From an uncultured Planctomycetaceae bacterium (lineage in GTDB: Bacteria > Planctomycetota > Planctomycetia > Planctomycetales > Planctomycetaceae): a DNA stretch of 64,000 bases. The DNA lies in NCBI GenBank assembly GCA_963815195.1, contig CAWFGE010000022.1, positions 64,001-128,000 of the forward strand, read 5' to 3'. Of the stretch, positions 29,295 through 40,457 are shown piece after piece. The notes beneath the pieces are model-generated. The model saw only the letters and a list, made by a program, of their open reading frames with translations. It had not been told where the DNA came from and made no database searches. Every line of letters starts with the position of its first letter. Position 1 is the stretch's first letter. The position numbers and the translations under genes were made by a program.

Positions 29295-30711
29295 ATGAAG
29301 ACCCAGGCGCAGGCTTTGGGAACGACTCGCGCCTTTGATTGTGATCGCGGCGGGGATCGGCGTGTTCGCGGCCCTGGGGAGCCGCCCCGCCATGAAACCG
29401 AAGGCCCAAGACAAAACCGCCATGCCCCTGGTGGAAGTCGTCGCCGCCAAAAGGCACGAGCAAGGTTTGGATTTCGAGGTGGACGGCGTCGCCGTCCCCC
29501 ATCGGGAACTTCTCTTGACCGCAAAAGTCGCCGGTTCGATCGAGTTCAAGGCCGACAACTGCAAAGCGGGGCGGTTCGTCAAAGCGGGGACGCGGCTCAT
29601 GGAAATCGATCCCCAGGACTACTCTTTGGAAGTCAAACGTCTCGGGCGGGAACTCAAACAGGCCGAGGGCAACATCCGCGAACTCGATGTGGAACGCGAC
29701 AACACCCGGGAATTGCTCAAATTGGCCGCGAAAGAAATGGAACTTCGCCAGAAAGAACTGGACCGCGTGGTGCGGTTGTTCGACCGCAGCGTCGGCACCG
29801 ACTCGGAAGTCGATACGGCGAAGCGGAACGAACTTTCGGCCCGCAACAACTGGACGACTTTGGCCAACCAGGAAAAGCTGCTCGCCGCCAAGCGAGACCG
29901 GCTCGAAGATGCCAAAGCCCTCGTGCAAACCCAGTTGGAGAAAGCGCAACTGGATTTGCGGCGCACCGGCATCACGGCTCCGGCGGACGGGGTGATTGTG
30001 ATGGATCATGTGGAAGCGGGGACTTACGTCCAACCGGGAACGACGCTGGTCACGCTCGAAGACACCTCGGCCGTGGAAGTGCGGTGCAACCTCCGCATGG
30101 AAGAGTTGAACTGGCTCTGGCGTCAGCAGGATGCGATGCACGTCGCCGCGGACGCGGACCCGGTGCAGGCCGATTACCAGTTTCCCGAAACCGAGGCCAC
30201 GGTGATTTATGAACTGGGCGGCCGGCGGTTTACGTGGAAGGGCCGGCTTTCGCGGTACGACGGCGTGGGCCTGGACGAGCGAACGCGGACGGTTCCCTGC
30301 CGGGTGTTTGTCAAGGAGCCGCGCGCAGTGGGATTGGAAGGCTCGGAGGGTCTGGCGGCCGAGTCTCCGACGATCGCCGGTCCGCCGGCGCTTGTTCGCG
30401 GGATGTTCGTCACGGTGCAGATTCACGCCCGTCCGCACGCGGAGCTGTTGGAGTTGCCGGAACGCGCGATTCGTCCGGGCAACGAAGTCTGGCGGGTCGT
30501 CAATGGGAAGTTGAACCGCTGCCGGGTTCACGTGGCCCGGGTATTGCCGGAGGGCGTGGTGATCGATGCGGCCCGCTCGGATTTGTCGGCGGGAGATCAA
30601 GTGGTGGTGACGCCCCTTTCCGACACGCCCCGAGCCGACGGTTTAGGGTACATCGAAGAAGGCAGGCCCGTCCGCCTCAAAACCAAAGCGAAGCCGAAAA
30701 CCCAGTTATGA
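29295..30711 (+). CDS. RND efflux membrane fusion protein; frameshift at about 29325
   Basis: N-terminal TM, GRFVKAG...EIDPQDY, coiled coil, ITAPADGVI, RTRTV, GMFV. Confidence 0.88.
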
Positions 30712-30780
30712 TTCCATCGCGATGCGGCTAAGAAGTGTGAGCGGTAGGCGCGAGCCTCCGGTTTCGATGAAACGACAATC

Positions 30781-30881
30781 AAGGCCGGCGGCTAGCGCCG
30801 AACCGCTCATATTTGAAGGCCGGCGGCTAGCGCCGAACCGCTCATATTTGAAGGCCGGCGGCTAGCGCCGAACCGCTCATA
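30781..30881. repeat. 35-bp tandem repeat x3 (REP-like)
   Basis: AAGGCCGGCGGCTAGCGCCGAACCGCTCATATTTG at 30781, 30816, 30851. Confidence 0.9.
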
Positions 30882-30906
30882 CTTTTCTGTTTAAGGTCTC
30901 CCCGTT

Positions 30907-33900
30907 ATGAAATCGGTCATCCGTTGGGCCGTGCAGAATACGCCCGCCATGAATACGCTGATGGTCAGCGTGCTCTTGGTGGGGGCGTTCAGCCTGTGGA
31001 CGATGCGGCGGGAGGTGTTCCCGGAGTTCGAGCTGGAAATCATCATGGTTTCCGTGCCCTATCCCGGGGCCAGCCCCTCCGAAGTCGAAGAAGGCATCTG
31101 CCAGAAGATCGAGGAAGCCGTGCGGACCATCGACGGCATCAAGAAGCAAACCGCCATCGCGGCGGAGGGCGTCGGCTCGATGGTCCTGGAGCTCAACTCC
31201 GACGTGAAGGACGTGCAGAAAGTCCTGGGCGAAGTCCGCTCGGAAATCGACCGCATCTCCACGTTCCCCGAACGCGCGGAGGATCCCGAAGTCAAACAGA
31301 TCACGATGCGGGAAGCGGTGATCCACGTGGGCGTCGTGGGACCGGACGTGGAAAGTCCGCAGGCCGAGCGGTATCTCCGCGAACTGGCCGAGCGCGTCCG
31401 CGAGGAATTGATCGGCCTCCAGCCTGAAAATCAAAACGAGAATCAAGAACAGTCAAAGCTTCAAAGAGTCCTGGCGAAAATCCGCAGCCAATTCGTCGCT
31501 CCGACGAACATTTCGCAGGCGGAGGTCAAGGCGGCGAAGAATTACCAGATCGACGTGGAGATCAGCGAGGACACGCTCCGCGAGCACGGCTTGACCTTGG
31601 CCCAGGTTTCGCAACTCATCCGCCGGAACAACGTCGAGCTTCCCGCCGGCACGATCAAAACCGATTCGCAGGATGTGCTCGTCAAGGGCAAGGACAAATC
31701 GCTGACCGGCGAGGGGATTGCGGACCTTCCCGTGCTCACGCAGCCCGGCGGGACCGTGCTCACCGTCGGCGACCTGGCCACGGTGCGGGACCAGTTCGAC
31801 GACACGACCGCGATGACCCGCGTCAACGGCCAGCCGGCGATGGTGATCGCCGTCGAGCGGACTTCCAAGGAAGACCTGCTCGCGATGACTGCGGCCGTCC
31901 GGGATTACGTCAAACAGAAAGCCATGCCCGCGGGCTATCATTTGATGTACTGGGGCGACCGCTCGGTGGAAGTCCGCGACCGCCTGAATCTGCTCCAGAG
32001 AAACGGCCTGCAGGGGCTGATTCTCGTATTCATCACGCTCGCGATCTTCCTCGAATTGCGGCTGGCGTTCTGGGTGGCGCTCGGGATTCCCGTGTCGATG
32101 CTCGGGGCGTGCATTCTCCTGTTGATGACCGGCCAGACCCTCAACATGCTCTCGAGCTTCGCGTTCTTGATGGCGCTCGGGATCATCGTGGACGATGCCA
32201 TCGTCATCGGCGAAAACATTTATTCCCACCGCCAAATGGGCAAAGGCTTCCTGCGGGCGGCGATCGAGGGCACGACCGAGGTGCTGCCTTCGGTGGGGGC
32301 GTCGGTGGCGACGACGATCATCGCCTTTCTGCCGTTGATGTACGTCTCCGGCGTGATGGGAAAATTCATCGCGGTGATGCCCGTGGCGATCATCGCCATG
32401 CTGCTCATCTCGCTGTTTGAAAGCTCGTTCATTCTACCCTGCCATCTGGCGCACGGGCATCACGAGGAAAACCGCGAGCCGTTCCGCTTCATCGAGTCGG
32501 CCCGGCGGTTTCGCCGAAACCTCTCGCCCGGATTGCGGTGGACGCTGGGGTTGTTTGCGCTGGCCGGCGCGGCTTTGTTGACGCTGCTGACCGATCCGTT
32601 CCGCTATCTCTACCGCGGTTCCCGAAAAGTCAACGAAATGGCGACCCGGCGGTTGGAAGGATTTATCGAGCGGTCTTATTTGCCGATGCTCGGCTGGGGT
32701 CTGAAGAATCCGCTCACAATCGTGGCGGGGGCGGGCGTGATTTTTCTGCTGGCGATCGGCATCGTGCGGTCCGGACTGACGCCGTTTATCGTGTTCCCCA
32801 AGCTCGACGGCAACCGCGTGCAAGCCGCGGTGAGTTATCCCGACGGCACGCCGAGCCGCATCACCCAAGCCGCGGTCCGGCAATTGGAAACCGCGGCGCT
32901 CGAATTGGAGAAAGACTACGTCAAAGACGGCGGCTCGCCGTTTTTGGAGCTCCGGCGGTGGACCGTGGGCGAAGTCGAAGCCCGTTCGGGTCCGGGACGA
33001 ACGAGTGCGACCCGAGGCGGACACGTGGGCGGCGTGACGCTCGAGTTGGCCGAAGCGGGCCAGCGGGACATCACCAGTTCCGAAATCGTCGCCCGCTGGC
33101 GAAAGAAAGTCGGCGATCTTCCAGGCGTGGAAAGCCTGACCTTCGGGAACGTCAACATGGGACCCGCCGGCACGCCGATCGAGTTCAAACTTCTGGCCAG
33201 AAGCGGCCGCGTGGACGAGCTCGAAGCGGCCGTCGAAAAATGCAAAGCCCGCCTCGCCAAATATCCGGGCGTGTTCGACGTGAGCGACGACTCGCAGCCC
33301 GGCAAGTGGGAGTTTCAAATCCGCCTCAAAGAACGCGCCAAGTCCCTGGGCGTCACCTTAGGCGACGTCGCGGAGACCGTGCGGGCTTCGTACTACGGCG
33401 ACGAGGTCATGCGGCTGCAGCGCGGCCGGCATGAAGTCAAACTCATGGTCCGCTATCCCCTCGAAGACCGGCATTCGCTGGCGGACTTCGATCAAGTCCG
33501 CGTGCGAACTTCGGGCGGCACCGAACTCCCGCTCACCGAACTTGCGGACGTGCACGTCGAGCGGGGTTATTCGGAAATCAACCGCGTGGACCAGATGCGA
33601 TCGGTGACCATCTCCGCCGACATCAACGAATCCCAGGGCAACGCACAGAACGTCGTCCGCGAACTGCAATCGAGCTTCATGCCGAAGCTGTTCGAGGAAT
33701 ACCCCGACGTTCGCGTCCGCTGGGAAGGCCAGCAGGAACAAACCGTCGAGTCGGTGAAAAGCCTGTTGATCGGCTCGGTGGTGGCGCTCGTGGCGATGTT
33801 CGTGCTGTTGACGCTGCAGTTTCGCTCGTACTTCCAGCCGCTGTTGATCATGGCCGTGATCCCCTTCGGCATCGTGGGGGCCATCGGCGGTCACTTCGTG

Positions 33901-34338
33901 ATGGGGCTGCCTTTGACGCTGTTCAGCTTCTTCGGCATCGTGGCTTTGACGGGCGTGGTCGTGAACGATTCGATCGTGCTGATCGACTTCATCAACCACC
34001 GCGTGCGCGAGGGCATCCCCTTGGAAGAAGCCCTGCTCGATGCGGGCCGGCGGCGGTTCCGCCCGGTGATGCTCACCTCGATCACCACGATCGCGGGGCT
34101 GTTGCCGATTCTGTTGGAGACGTCGCTGCAGGCGCAGCTCTTAATCCCGATGGCGACGAGCCTGTGTTTCGGCCTGATGCTCACCACGGTTTTGGTGCTG
34201 ATTCTGGTGCCGACGTTTTATCTGATCTACTTCAAAATCACCGGCCGATCTTTCGTGAGCGACGACGAGGACGAGAATGAATCGCGGCCACGAGAGGTTG
34301 AAACAACGCCGCAGAAACCGGAACTGGTGATGTCGTAA
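30907..34338 (+). CDS. AcrB/AcrD/AcrF family RND permease
   Basis: YPGASPSEVEE, GIIVDDAIVIGEN, GVVVNDSIVL, RFRPVMLTS. Confidence 0.95.
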   Translation: MKSVIRWAVQNTPAMNTLMVSVLLVGAFSLWTMRREVFPEFELEIIMVSVPYPGASPSEVEEGICQKIEEAVRTIDGIKKQTAIAAEGVGSMVLELNSDVKDVQKVLGEVRSEIDRISTFPERAEDPEVKQITMREAVIHVGVVGPDVESPQAERYLRELAERVREELIGLQPENQNENQEQSKLQRVLAKIRSQFVAPTNISQAEVKAAKNYQIDVEISEDTLREHGLTLAQVSQLIRRNNVELPAGTIKTDSQDVLVKGKDKSLTGEGIADLPVLTQPGGTVLTVGDLATVRDQFDDTTAMTRVNGQPAMVIAVERTSKEDLLAMTAAVRDYVKQKAMPAGYHLMYWGDRSVEVRDRLNLLQRNGLQGLILVFITLAIFLELRLAFWVALGIPVSMLGACILLLMTGQTLNMLSSFAFLMALGIIVDDAIVIGENIYSHRQMGKGFLRAAIEGTTEVLPSVGASVATTIIAFLPLMYVSGVMGKFIAVMPVAIIAMLLISLFESSFILPCHLAHGHHEENREPFRFIESARRFRRNLSPGLRWTLGLFALAGAALLTLLTDPFRYLYRGSRKVNEMATRRLEGFIERSYLPMLGWGLKNPLTIVAGAGVIFLLAIGIVRSGLTPFIVFPKLDGNRVQAAVSYPDGTPSRITQAAVRQLETAALELEKDYVKDGGSPFLELRRWTVGEVEARSGPGRTSATRGGHVGGVTLELAEAGQRDITSSEIVARWRKKVGDLPGVESLTFGNVNMGPAGTPIEFKLLARSGRVDELEAAVEKCKARLAKYPGVFDVSDDSQPGKWEFQIRLKERAKSLGVTLGDVAETVRASYYGDEVMRLQRGRHEVKLMVRYPLEDRHSLADFDQVRVRTSGGTELPLTELADVHVERGYSEINRVDQMRSVTISADINESQGNAQNVVRELQSSFMPKLFEEYPDVRVRWEGQQEQTVESVKSLLIGSVVALVAMFVLLTLQFRSYFQPLLIMAVIPFGIVGAIGGHFVMGLPLTLFSFFGIVALTGVVVNDSIVLIDFINHRVREGIPLEEALLDAGRRRFRPVMLTSITTIAGLLPILLETSLQAQLLIPMATSLCFGLMLTTVLVLILVPTFYLIYFKITGRSFVSDDEDENESRPREVETTPQKPELVMS

Positions 34339-34339
34339 C

Positions 34340-34474
34340 AGGCGAGCGGGGGGCGTCAGCCCCCTGGTTACTCCGAATGTTTCGAGAACCAAACAATCCT
34401 TCAAATGATCGTTTGAGTCAAATTATTTTTGAAGCACTCCACGTAACCAGGGGGCTGACGCCCCCCGCTCGCCT
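34340..34474. repeat. Inverted 32-bp repeat pair (REPIN-like)
   Basis: AGGCGAGCGGGGGGCGTCAGCCCCCTGGTTAC and its exact reverse complement at 34443-34474. Confidence 0.9.
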
Positions 34475-34582
34475 TTTTCGATTCGACGATTGCCGATCTG
34501 CTTCTGCGGCTTCCAAGTCGGCAGGTCTTCTCGCAATAATGAACCCGGTGAATCCAAACCTCATTGCGCGGGGAGCCCTCTC

Positions 34583-35821
34583 ATGCCTGTGGAACAAGCG
34601 ACGGAAAAACGCGGCGGCAATCCGAACGAGCGGCTGCATTCGCTCGATGCCTACCGCGGCCTGATTATGGTCACGCTGGCCTTTGTGGGCTTCGGACTCG
34701 CGGACACGGCGGGGAATTTTCTAAAAGAGAATCCCGACTCCGAACTCTGGCAGAACGTCCGCTATCAGTTCTCGCACACCGAATGGACCGGCTGCTCGTA
34801 TTGGGATTTGATCCAGCCTTCGTTCATGTTCATGGTCGGCGTGTCGATGGCCTATTCCTATTCCAAACGCCAACGGCTCGGGCATTCCTATATTCGAATG
34901 TTCGGCCACGCCTTCAGACGCTCCATTTTATTGATTGCGCTCAGCATCTTTTTGATGTCGCAGTACGATCACTACACGGAATGGACTTTCATGAACGTGC
35001 TGGCCCAGATCGGCTTGGGTTATACGTTTCTGTTTTTGTTGTGGAACCGGCCCGCGTGGGTGCAGGCGATGGCCGCGGTGCTGATCCTCGCCGGGACCTG
35101 GATCGCCTATGAGACGTACCCCGATGCCGGGATCAATCTGGAAACCGGGAACGAGAAAGTCGGGGTCTCCGCGGAATGGGCCCAGGAGCATCTCACCGGC
35201 ATTCCGAAACCTTGGCACAAAAACGCCAACATCGGGCATAAGATCGACCTCGTCGTCTTGAACAAATTCCCCCGGCCGGAACCCTTCGAGTACAACCGCG
35301 GCGGATACCAGACGATCAACTTCATCCCGTCCCTCGCCACGATGATCTTCGGCTTGATGTGCGGCGGATTGCTCAGGTCCGAACGCTCCCACGGCCGGAA
35401 GCTCTTGATTTTGATCGTCTCCGGCCTCGTCGCGTTGGGCGTGGGACAGTTGCTCAACCAAACCGGCGTCTGCCCTTCCATCAAACGCATCTGGACGCCG
35501 AGCTGGGCGATCTTCTCCACCGGCTGGTGCCTGCTCATCCTCGCGGGGCTGTTTCTGTTTATCGACATGTTCCGCCTGAAATGGCTGGCGTTCCCGCTAA
35601 TCGTCGTGGGCATGAACTCCATCGTGATGTACTGCCTGAGCATGTCTCTCAAGGGTTGGACCGCCCGGCAACTCACAACGCACTTCGGCAAAGAAGTCTT
35701 CACCCTCTACGGCAAGATCGATCCCAACTTCGCCCCCACGGTCCAAGCAACAATGGTCGGCCTGGTGTTCTGGCTGGTCTGCTATTACCTGTACCGCAAA
35801 CGAATGTTTGTGGCCCTTTAA
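34583..35821 (+). CDS. HGSNAT/DUF5009-like membrane acyltransferase
   Basis: RLHSLDAYRG, DLIQPSFMFMVG, VLAQIGLGY, KRIWTPS, VGMNSI. Confidence 0.85.
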   Translation: MPVEQATEKRGGNPNERLHSLDAYRGLIMVTLAFVGFGLADTAGNFLKENPDSELWQNVRYQFSHTEWTGCSYWDLIQPSFMFMVGVSMAYSYSKRQRLGHSYIRMFGHAFRRSILLIALSIFLMSQYDHYTEWTFMNVLAQIGLGYTFLFLLWNRPAWVQAMAAVLILAGTWIAYETYPDAGINLETGNEKVGVSAEWAQEHLTGIPKPWHKNANIGHKIDLVVLNKFPRPEPFEYNRGGYQTINFIPSLATMIFGLMCGGLLRSERSHGRKLLILIVSGLVALGVGQLLNQTGVCPSIKRIWTPSWAIFSTGWCLLILAGLFLFIDMFRLKWLAFPLIVVGMNSIVMYCLSMSLKGWTARQLTTHFGKEVFTLYGKIDPNFAPTVQATMVGLVFWLVCYYLYRKRMFVAL

Positions 35822-35869
35822 GGGGGATCGCTTGACAGCCTGCCCGTTTCGCGAGAGGGTTATACAGTG

Positions 35870-36045
35870 ACTCAAACTTTAAGTGGTTGGGTGGCTGGGG
35901 CGCAGATTCCTCTATGAAAAAAGTGGGGCAAGCGAATACTTGGGCGACGGACCCGAGCAACAGAACTCCCGTCGCCCCAGCTTTCGGAACGCGTTTTTCG
36001 CTTGATCCATTCCTTTGCGCCCCAGCCCTCACCCACAGTTTGAGT
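35870..36045. repeat. MITE/REPIN-like element, related copy at 42691-42880
   Basis: Terminal ACTCAAACT...AGTTTGAGT and internal GGCTGGGGCGCA...TGCGCCCCAGCC inverted arms. Confidence 0.6.
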
Positions 36046-36088
36046 GCAGTGGCTTCCTGATTTCGCTTCTCTTGATCGCGAGGTTTCC

Positions 36089-38467
36089 ATGCGCTGGCTG
36101 GTTTTGGTTTTGATGTTCGCCGTTTCCACGGCGGGGTTGGCTCAGGAGAAGCCCGCGAACTCCGGACGGGACGCGAAGCGCTGGAGCTATCCGCCCGAGC
36201 TCACCGGGGCGGATGAGGTCATCAAACATCGGCTCGGCGATGTGGACTTGCCGATGTATGTCTATCTGCCCAAGGGCCATAAGCCGGCAGACAAGCGGCC
36301 GGCGATTGTGTTCTTCTTCGGCGGCGGTTGGAAAGCCGGCAGCCCCGGACAGTTTTCGCCGCAATGCGAGTATTTCGCTTCGCGGGGCATGGTCGCGATC
36401 ACCGCGGATTACCGCGTCGCGTCCCGGCAGGGCGTCAAGGCGATTGACTGCGTGAAAGACGCCAAATCCACCATCCGCTGGGTCCGGCAGCACGCGAAGC
36501 AGTTGGGCGTCGATCCGAACAAAATCGTCGCTTCGGGCGGCTCCGCGGGCGGGCACACCGCGGCCTGCACGGGCGTCATTCCGGGCGTCGAAGCCGATGC
36601 CGAAGACCTCTCGGTCAGCTCCGTCCCCAATGCGATGGCCCTTTTCAACCCGGCCGTCTTATTGGCGGAGTTTGAGGGCAAGCCATATCTCGATCCGCAA
36701 AAACTCGAGGGCATGAAAGACCGCGTGGGCGACGATCCGAAGTTGATTTCCCCGGTGCATCACGTCCGGGGGGATCTGCCGCCGACGATTATCTTCCACG
36801 GCACCGCCGACACCGCGGTGCCTTATCCCACCGTCGAACTCTTTACGAAGCAAATGAAAGCCGCCGGCAACCGTTGCGAACTCGTGGGCTTTGAAGGCCA
36901 GCCGCACGGGTTTTTCAACACCGGCCGTGGCGGCAACGCCAAGCGGCTCGCCAACGACGACCGCATGTACCGCGAGACGACTTATCGGCTGGATCGGTTC
37001 TTGAATTCGCTGGGCTACCTCGAGGGCGAACCCACGATTGCCTTGCCGAAGGAGCGCCCCGCCGTCCGCACTTCGGAAGATCGAGAGGGCAAGACCGCTC
37101 AGACCCAAAGGCCGCCGAACGTGGTGATCATCTTCGCCGACGACCAGGGTTATCAGGATGTGGGCTGTTTTGGTTCGCCGGACATCGAGACGCCCAACCT
37201 CGACCGCATGGCCCAAGAAGGGCGGAAGTTCAAAAGTTTTTACGTCGCCCAAGCTGTGTGCGGCGCTTCGCGGGCGGCTCTTTTGACCGGCTGCTATTCC
37301 AACCGCATCGGCATGCTGGGAGCACCCGGCCCATCGGCTACGCATGGGATTGACGACGGGGAAACGATCATCGCCGAGGTCCTGAAGAGCCGGGGCTATA
37401 AAACGGCGATGCTGGGCAAATGGCATCTCGGCCATCGCCCGCGGTTCTTGCCGACGCATCACGGGTTCGATCAATACTTCGGGCTGCCGTATTCCAATGA
37501 CATGTGGCCGTACCATCCCACGATCAAAACCTTCCCGGATTTGCCTTTGATCGAAAACGATAAAGTCATCAACCCCCGCGTGACGCCGGAGGATCAAAAG
37601 CACTTGACGACCTGGTATACCGAGCGGGCGGTGAAGTTCATCGAAGAAAATCACGAGTCGCCTTTCTTCTTGTACGTCGCCCATGCGATGCCCCACGTGC
37701 CGCTGTTTGTGAGCGACAAACACAAAGGCGTTTCCAAGCGGGGCCTGTATGGGGATGTGATCGCGGAAGTCGATTGGTGCGTGGGCGAGATTCTCTCGGC
37801 CCTCAAAAAGCACGGCGTCGATGAGAACACGCTCGTGATCTATACATCGGACAACGGGCCTTGGTTGTCGTACGGCGATCACGCGGGCTCGGCGCTTCCG
37901 CTGCGGGAAGGAAAAGGCACGACGTGGGAAGGCGGCGTGCGCGAGCCTTGCATCATGCGCTGGCCGGGGAAAATTCCCGCGGGCACCGAGACAAACGAAC
38001 TCGCGGCGACGATTGATTTGCTGCCGACGCTCGCCCATCTTTCCGGAGCCGACCTGCCGGCCCGCAGGATCGACGGCCTCAACATCTGGCCGTTGATGGC
38101 GGGTGAACCCGGAGCCAAAACGCCGCACGAATCGTATTACTATTATTGGGGCCGGGAGCTGCAGGCGATTCGCAGCGGCCCGTGGAAGTTGCACTTCCCG
38201 CACAGCTACCGCAGCCTGAAAGGCGAACCGGGCCACGGCGGAATTCCGGGGCCTTACGTCCAGAAAAAGACGGGGTTGGAACTTTACAACCTGGAATCGG
38301 ACGTGGGAGAAACCACCAACGTCGCCGACGCCCATCCGGAAGTCGTCAAACGTCTTCAAGAGCTCGCGGAACTGGCCCGCAAGGATTTGGGTGATTCGGC
38401 GACCGGGCAGCGGGGAGAGAACGTCCGCCAGCCCGCCCGGTGGACGCCACCCGCCAAAGACCGCTGA
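36089..38467 (+). CDS. Secreted alpha/beta-hydrolase plus formylglycine-dependent sulfatase fusion
   Basis: FFGGGW, GGSAGGH, HGTAD, PHGF; then [37 protein letters not shown] in one frame. Confidence 0.9.
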   Translation: MRWLVLVLMFAVSTAGLAQEKPANSGRDAKRWSYPPELTGADEVIKHRLGDVDLPMYVYLPKGHKPADKRPAIVFFFGGGWKAGSPGQFSPQCEYFASRGMVAITADYRVASRQGVKAIDCVKDAKSTIRWVRQHAKQLGVDPNKIVASGGSAGGHTAACTGVIPGVEADAEDLSVSSVPNAMALFNPAVLLAEFEGKPYLDPQKLEGMKDRVGDDPKLISPVHHVRGDLPPTIIFHGTADTAVPYPTVELFTKQMKAAGNRCELVGFEGQPHGFFNTGRGGNAKRLANDDRMYRETTYRLDRFLNSLGYLEGEPTIALPKERPAVRTSEDREGKTAQTQRPPNVVIIFADDQGYQDVGCFGSPDIETPNLDRMAQEGRKFKSFYVAQAVCGASRAALLTGCYSNRIGMLGAPGPSATHGIDDGETIIAEVLKSRGYKTAMLGKWHLGHRPRFLPTHHGFDQYFGLPYSNDMWPYHPTIKTFPDLPLIENDKVINPRVTPEDQKHLTTWYTERAVKFIEENHESPFFLYVAHAMPHVPLFVSDKHKGVSKRGLYGDVIAEVDWCVGEILSALKKHGVDENTLVIYTSDNGPWLSYGDHAGSALPLREGKGTTWEGGVREPCIMRWPGKIPAGTETNELAATIDLLPTLAHLSGADLPARRIDGLNIWPLMAGEPGAKTPHESYYYYWGRELQAIRSGPWKLHFPHSYRSLKGEPGHGGIPGPYVQKKTGLELYNLESDVGETTNVADAHPEVVKRLQELAELARKDLGDSATGQRGENVRQPARWTPPAKDR

Positions 38468-38567
38468 TTTCCTCAAAATCCGCCCAACCCGGACTTGGCA
38501 AACCGCCGCCGGCCACTATCCTAACGGAGTCGGCCGGAGTTTTGAGTTCCGTGGTGAAAACAGATAA

Positions 38568-38702
38568 AGGCGAGCGGGGGGCGTAAGCCCCCTGGTTTGC
38601 CGCGAACGCTTGAGTTGTTTCGCGTTGACTGTTTCCGGTTTCTGTTATTTCAGCTGGCTCTTAACTCCACGTAACCGGGGGGCTTACGCCCCCCGCTCGC
38701 CT
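38568..38702. repeat. Inverted repeat pair, same family as 34340-34474
   Basis: AGGCGAGCGGGGGGCGTAAGCCCCCTGGTT and near-exact inverse at 38673-38702; a half copy also at about 25671. Confidence 0.85.
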
Positions 38703-38738
38703 AGTCTTTGGGATTTTACCTCGGTTGGAGTGGCGGCG

Positions 38739-40376
38739 ATGAGCTATCGCGTGATGGTGACGGACAATCTTTCGCAAGTGGGCGTGGACCTGTTGAAGGA
38801 CCAGGGCGGCCTGGAGGTGGACGTTCGCGAAACGCCGCCAGCCGACGAGCTTCGCAAGATCCTCGCCGATTACGACGGGCTCATCATCCGCAGCGCGACC
38901 AAGCTCACGCCGGAAATCCTCGAAGGCCAGAAGCGGTTGAAAGTCGTGGTGCGGGCCGGGGTGGGCGTGGATAACATCGACCGCGCCGCCGCGACGCGGG
39001 AAGGCATCGTCGTGATGAACACGCCCGCGGGCAACACGACGAGCACCGCGGAGCATACGATCGCGATGATGCTCGCCCTCTCGCGGAACATCGGCCCCGC
39101 GTCGGCCGGGATGCGCGAAGGCAAATGGGACCGCAAGAAGTACACCGGCACGCAGCTCTCCGGCAAGACGCTCGCGGTCGTCGGCTTGGGGCGGATCGGT
39201 TTGGCCGTCGCCCGGCGGGCGCAAGGGCTGGAAATGAAGGTCATCGGCTACGATCCGTTCCTTTCCGCTGACCGCGCCGCCGAGCAGGGCGTCGAGCTTT
39301 CGCGGGAAGTCGACGACATCGTCAGCCGCTGCGATTTTCTCACCGTGCACACGCCGCTTACCGACGAGACCCGCGGCCTCATCAACGCCGAGCGGATGGA
39401 ACGGATGAAAAAGGGGGCCCGAATCATCAACTGCGCCCGCGGCGGGATTGTCGACGAGGACGCCCTCGCCAATGCGATCGAAGCGGGCCACATCGCCGGG
39501 GCCGCGCTCGATGTGTTCGTTGAGGAACCGCCCGGCGACTCGCGTCTGACGAAACTCCCGCAGGTGCTCTCTACCCCGCATCTGGGAGCCTCGACCGAAG
39601 AAGCCCAGGAACTCGTGGCGGCCGAGGCGGCGGAAATCATCAGCGGGTTTTTGCTGCGAAACGAAATCCGCCACGCCGTCAATATGGTCCCCATCTCCGG
39701 CGCGGAAATGGCCGACATGAAGCAGTACCTCAACCTGGGGCATCGGCTGGGCATGCTCTTGGCTCAGTTGAACAAAGCCGGCAGCGTCAAGTCGGCCCAA
39801 CTCCAGTACCGTGGCGACGTGGCGTGCAAAAAAACGGATCTGATAACCTCCGCCTTCGCCGCGGGGTTGTTGGAGTCGGCCCTCGATGAGAGCGTCAACA
39901 TCGTCAACGCCCCGCTGCTCGCCCAGGAGCGGGGCATCGAAATCGATGAGTCGAAATCCAGCGACCAAGGCAACTTTTCCACCATGGTCACCGCGACACT
40001 CAAGACCGAGCACGGCGAAATCAGCGCGGCGGGGACGCTGTTCGGCACCGAGTTCCTCCGGCTCGTGCGGCTCGATCAATTCCATCTCGATGCTTACCTG
40101 GACGGGCTGTTGTTGATCTATCGGCACCGCGACCGGCCGGGGCAGATCGGCTTCATCGGCACCGTCTTCGGCAAGCATGGCGTGAATATCGCCCACATGG
40201 CCTTGGGCCGGGAGTCCGACAAACCGGGCGGCCCATCGATCGCGGTCCTCAACCTGGACAACGAACCGTCGGCCGATGCCCTCAAAGAAGTCGCCGCCCA
40301 CCACGATGTCTCCAGCGTCGAACTGGTGCGCCTGCCGCCCGCCGGTGCCCCGCTGCCTTGGCTCGTCGGGTCGTGA
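38739..40376 (+). CDS. serA: D-3-phosphoglycerate dehydrogenase (with ASB and ACT domains)
   Basis: RAGVGVDNID, GLGRIG, NCARGG, PHLGAST, DRPGQIG. Confidence 0.95.
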   Translation: MSYRVMVTDNLSQVGVDLLKDQGGLEVDVRETPPADELRKILADYDGLIIRSATKLTPEILEGQKRLKVVVRAGVGVDNIDRAAATREGIVVMNTPAGNTTSTAEHTIAMMLALSRNIGPASAGMREGKWDRKKYTGTQLSGKTLAVVGLGRIGLAVARRAQGLEMKVIGYDPFLSADRAAEQGVELSREVDDIVSRCDFLTVHTPLTDETRGLINAERMERMKKGARIINCARGGIVDEDALANAIEAGHIAGAALDVFVEEPPGDSRLTKLPQVLSTPHLGASTEEAQELVAAEAAEIISGFLLRNEIRHAVNMVPISGAEMADMKQYLNLGHRLGMLLAQLNKAGSVKSAQLQYRGDVACKKTDLITSAFAAGLLESALDESVNIVNAPLLAQERGIEIDESKSSDQGNFSTMVTATLKTEHGEISAAGTLFGTEFLRLVRLDQFHLDAYLDGLLLIYRHRDRPGQIGFIGTVFGKHGVNIAHMALGRESDKPGGPSIAVLNLDNEPSADALKEVAAHHDVSSVELVRLPPAGAPLPWLVGS

Positions 40377-40457
40377 TTTTTACAAAACGCGTTCCGAGTT
40401 TCGGCTGGCGGCTGGCGGCCGGCGGCTGATGAATGAATGATCCAATTCTTCCCGGAG

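Noticed and set aside
36659..40304. Long antisense ORFs (36659..38476, 38661..40304 and many similar)
   Set aside because: Shadow frames of high-GC genes with no motifs of their own
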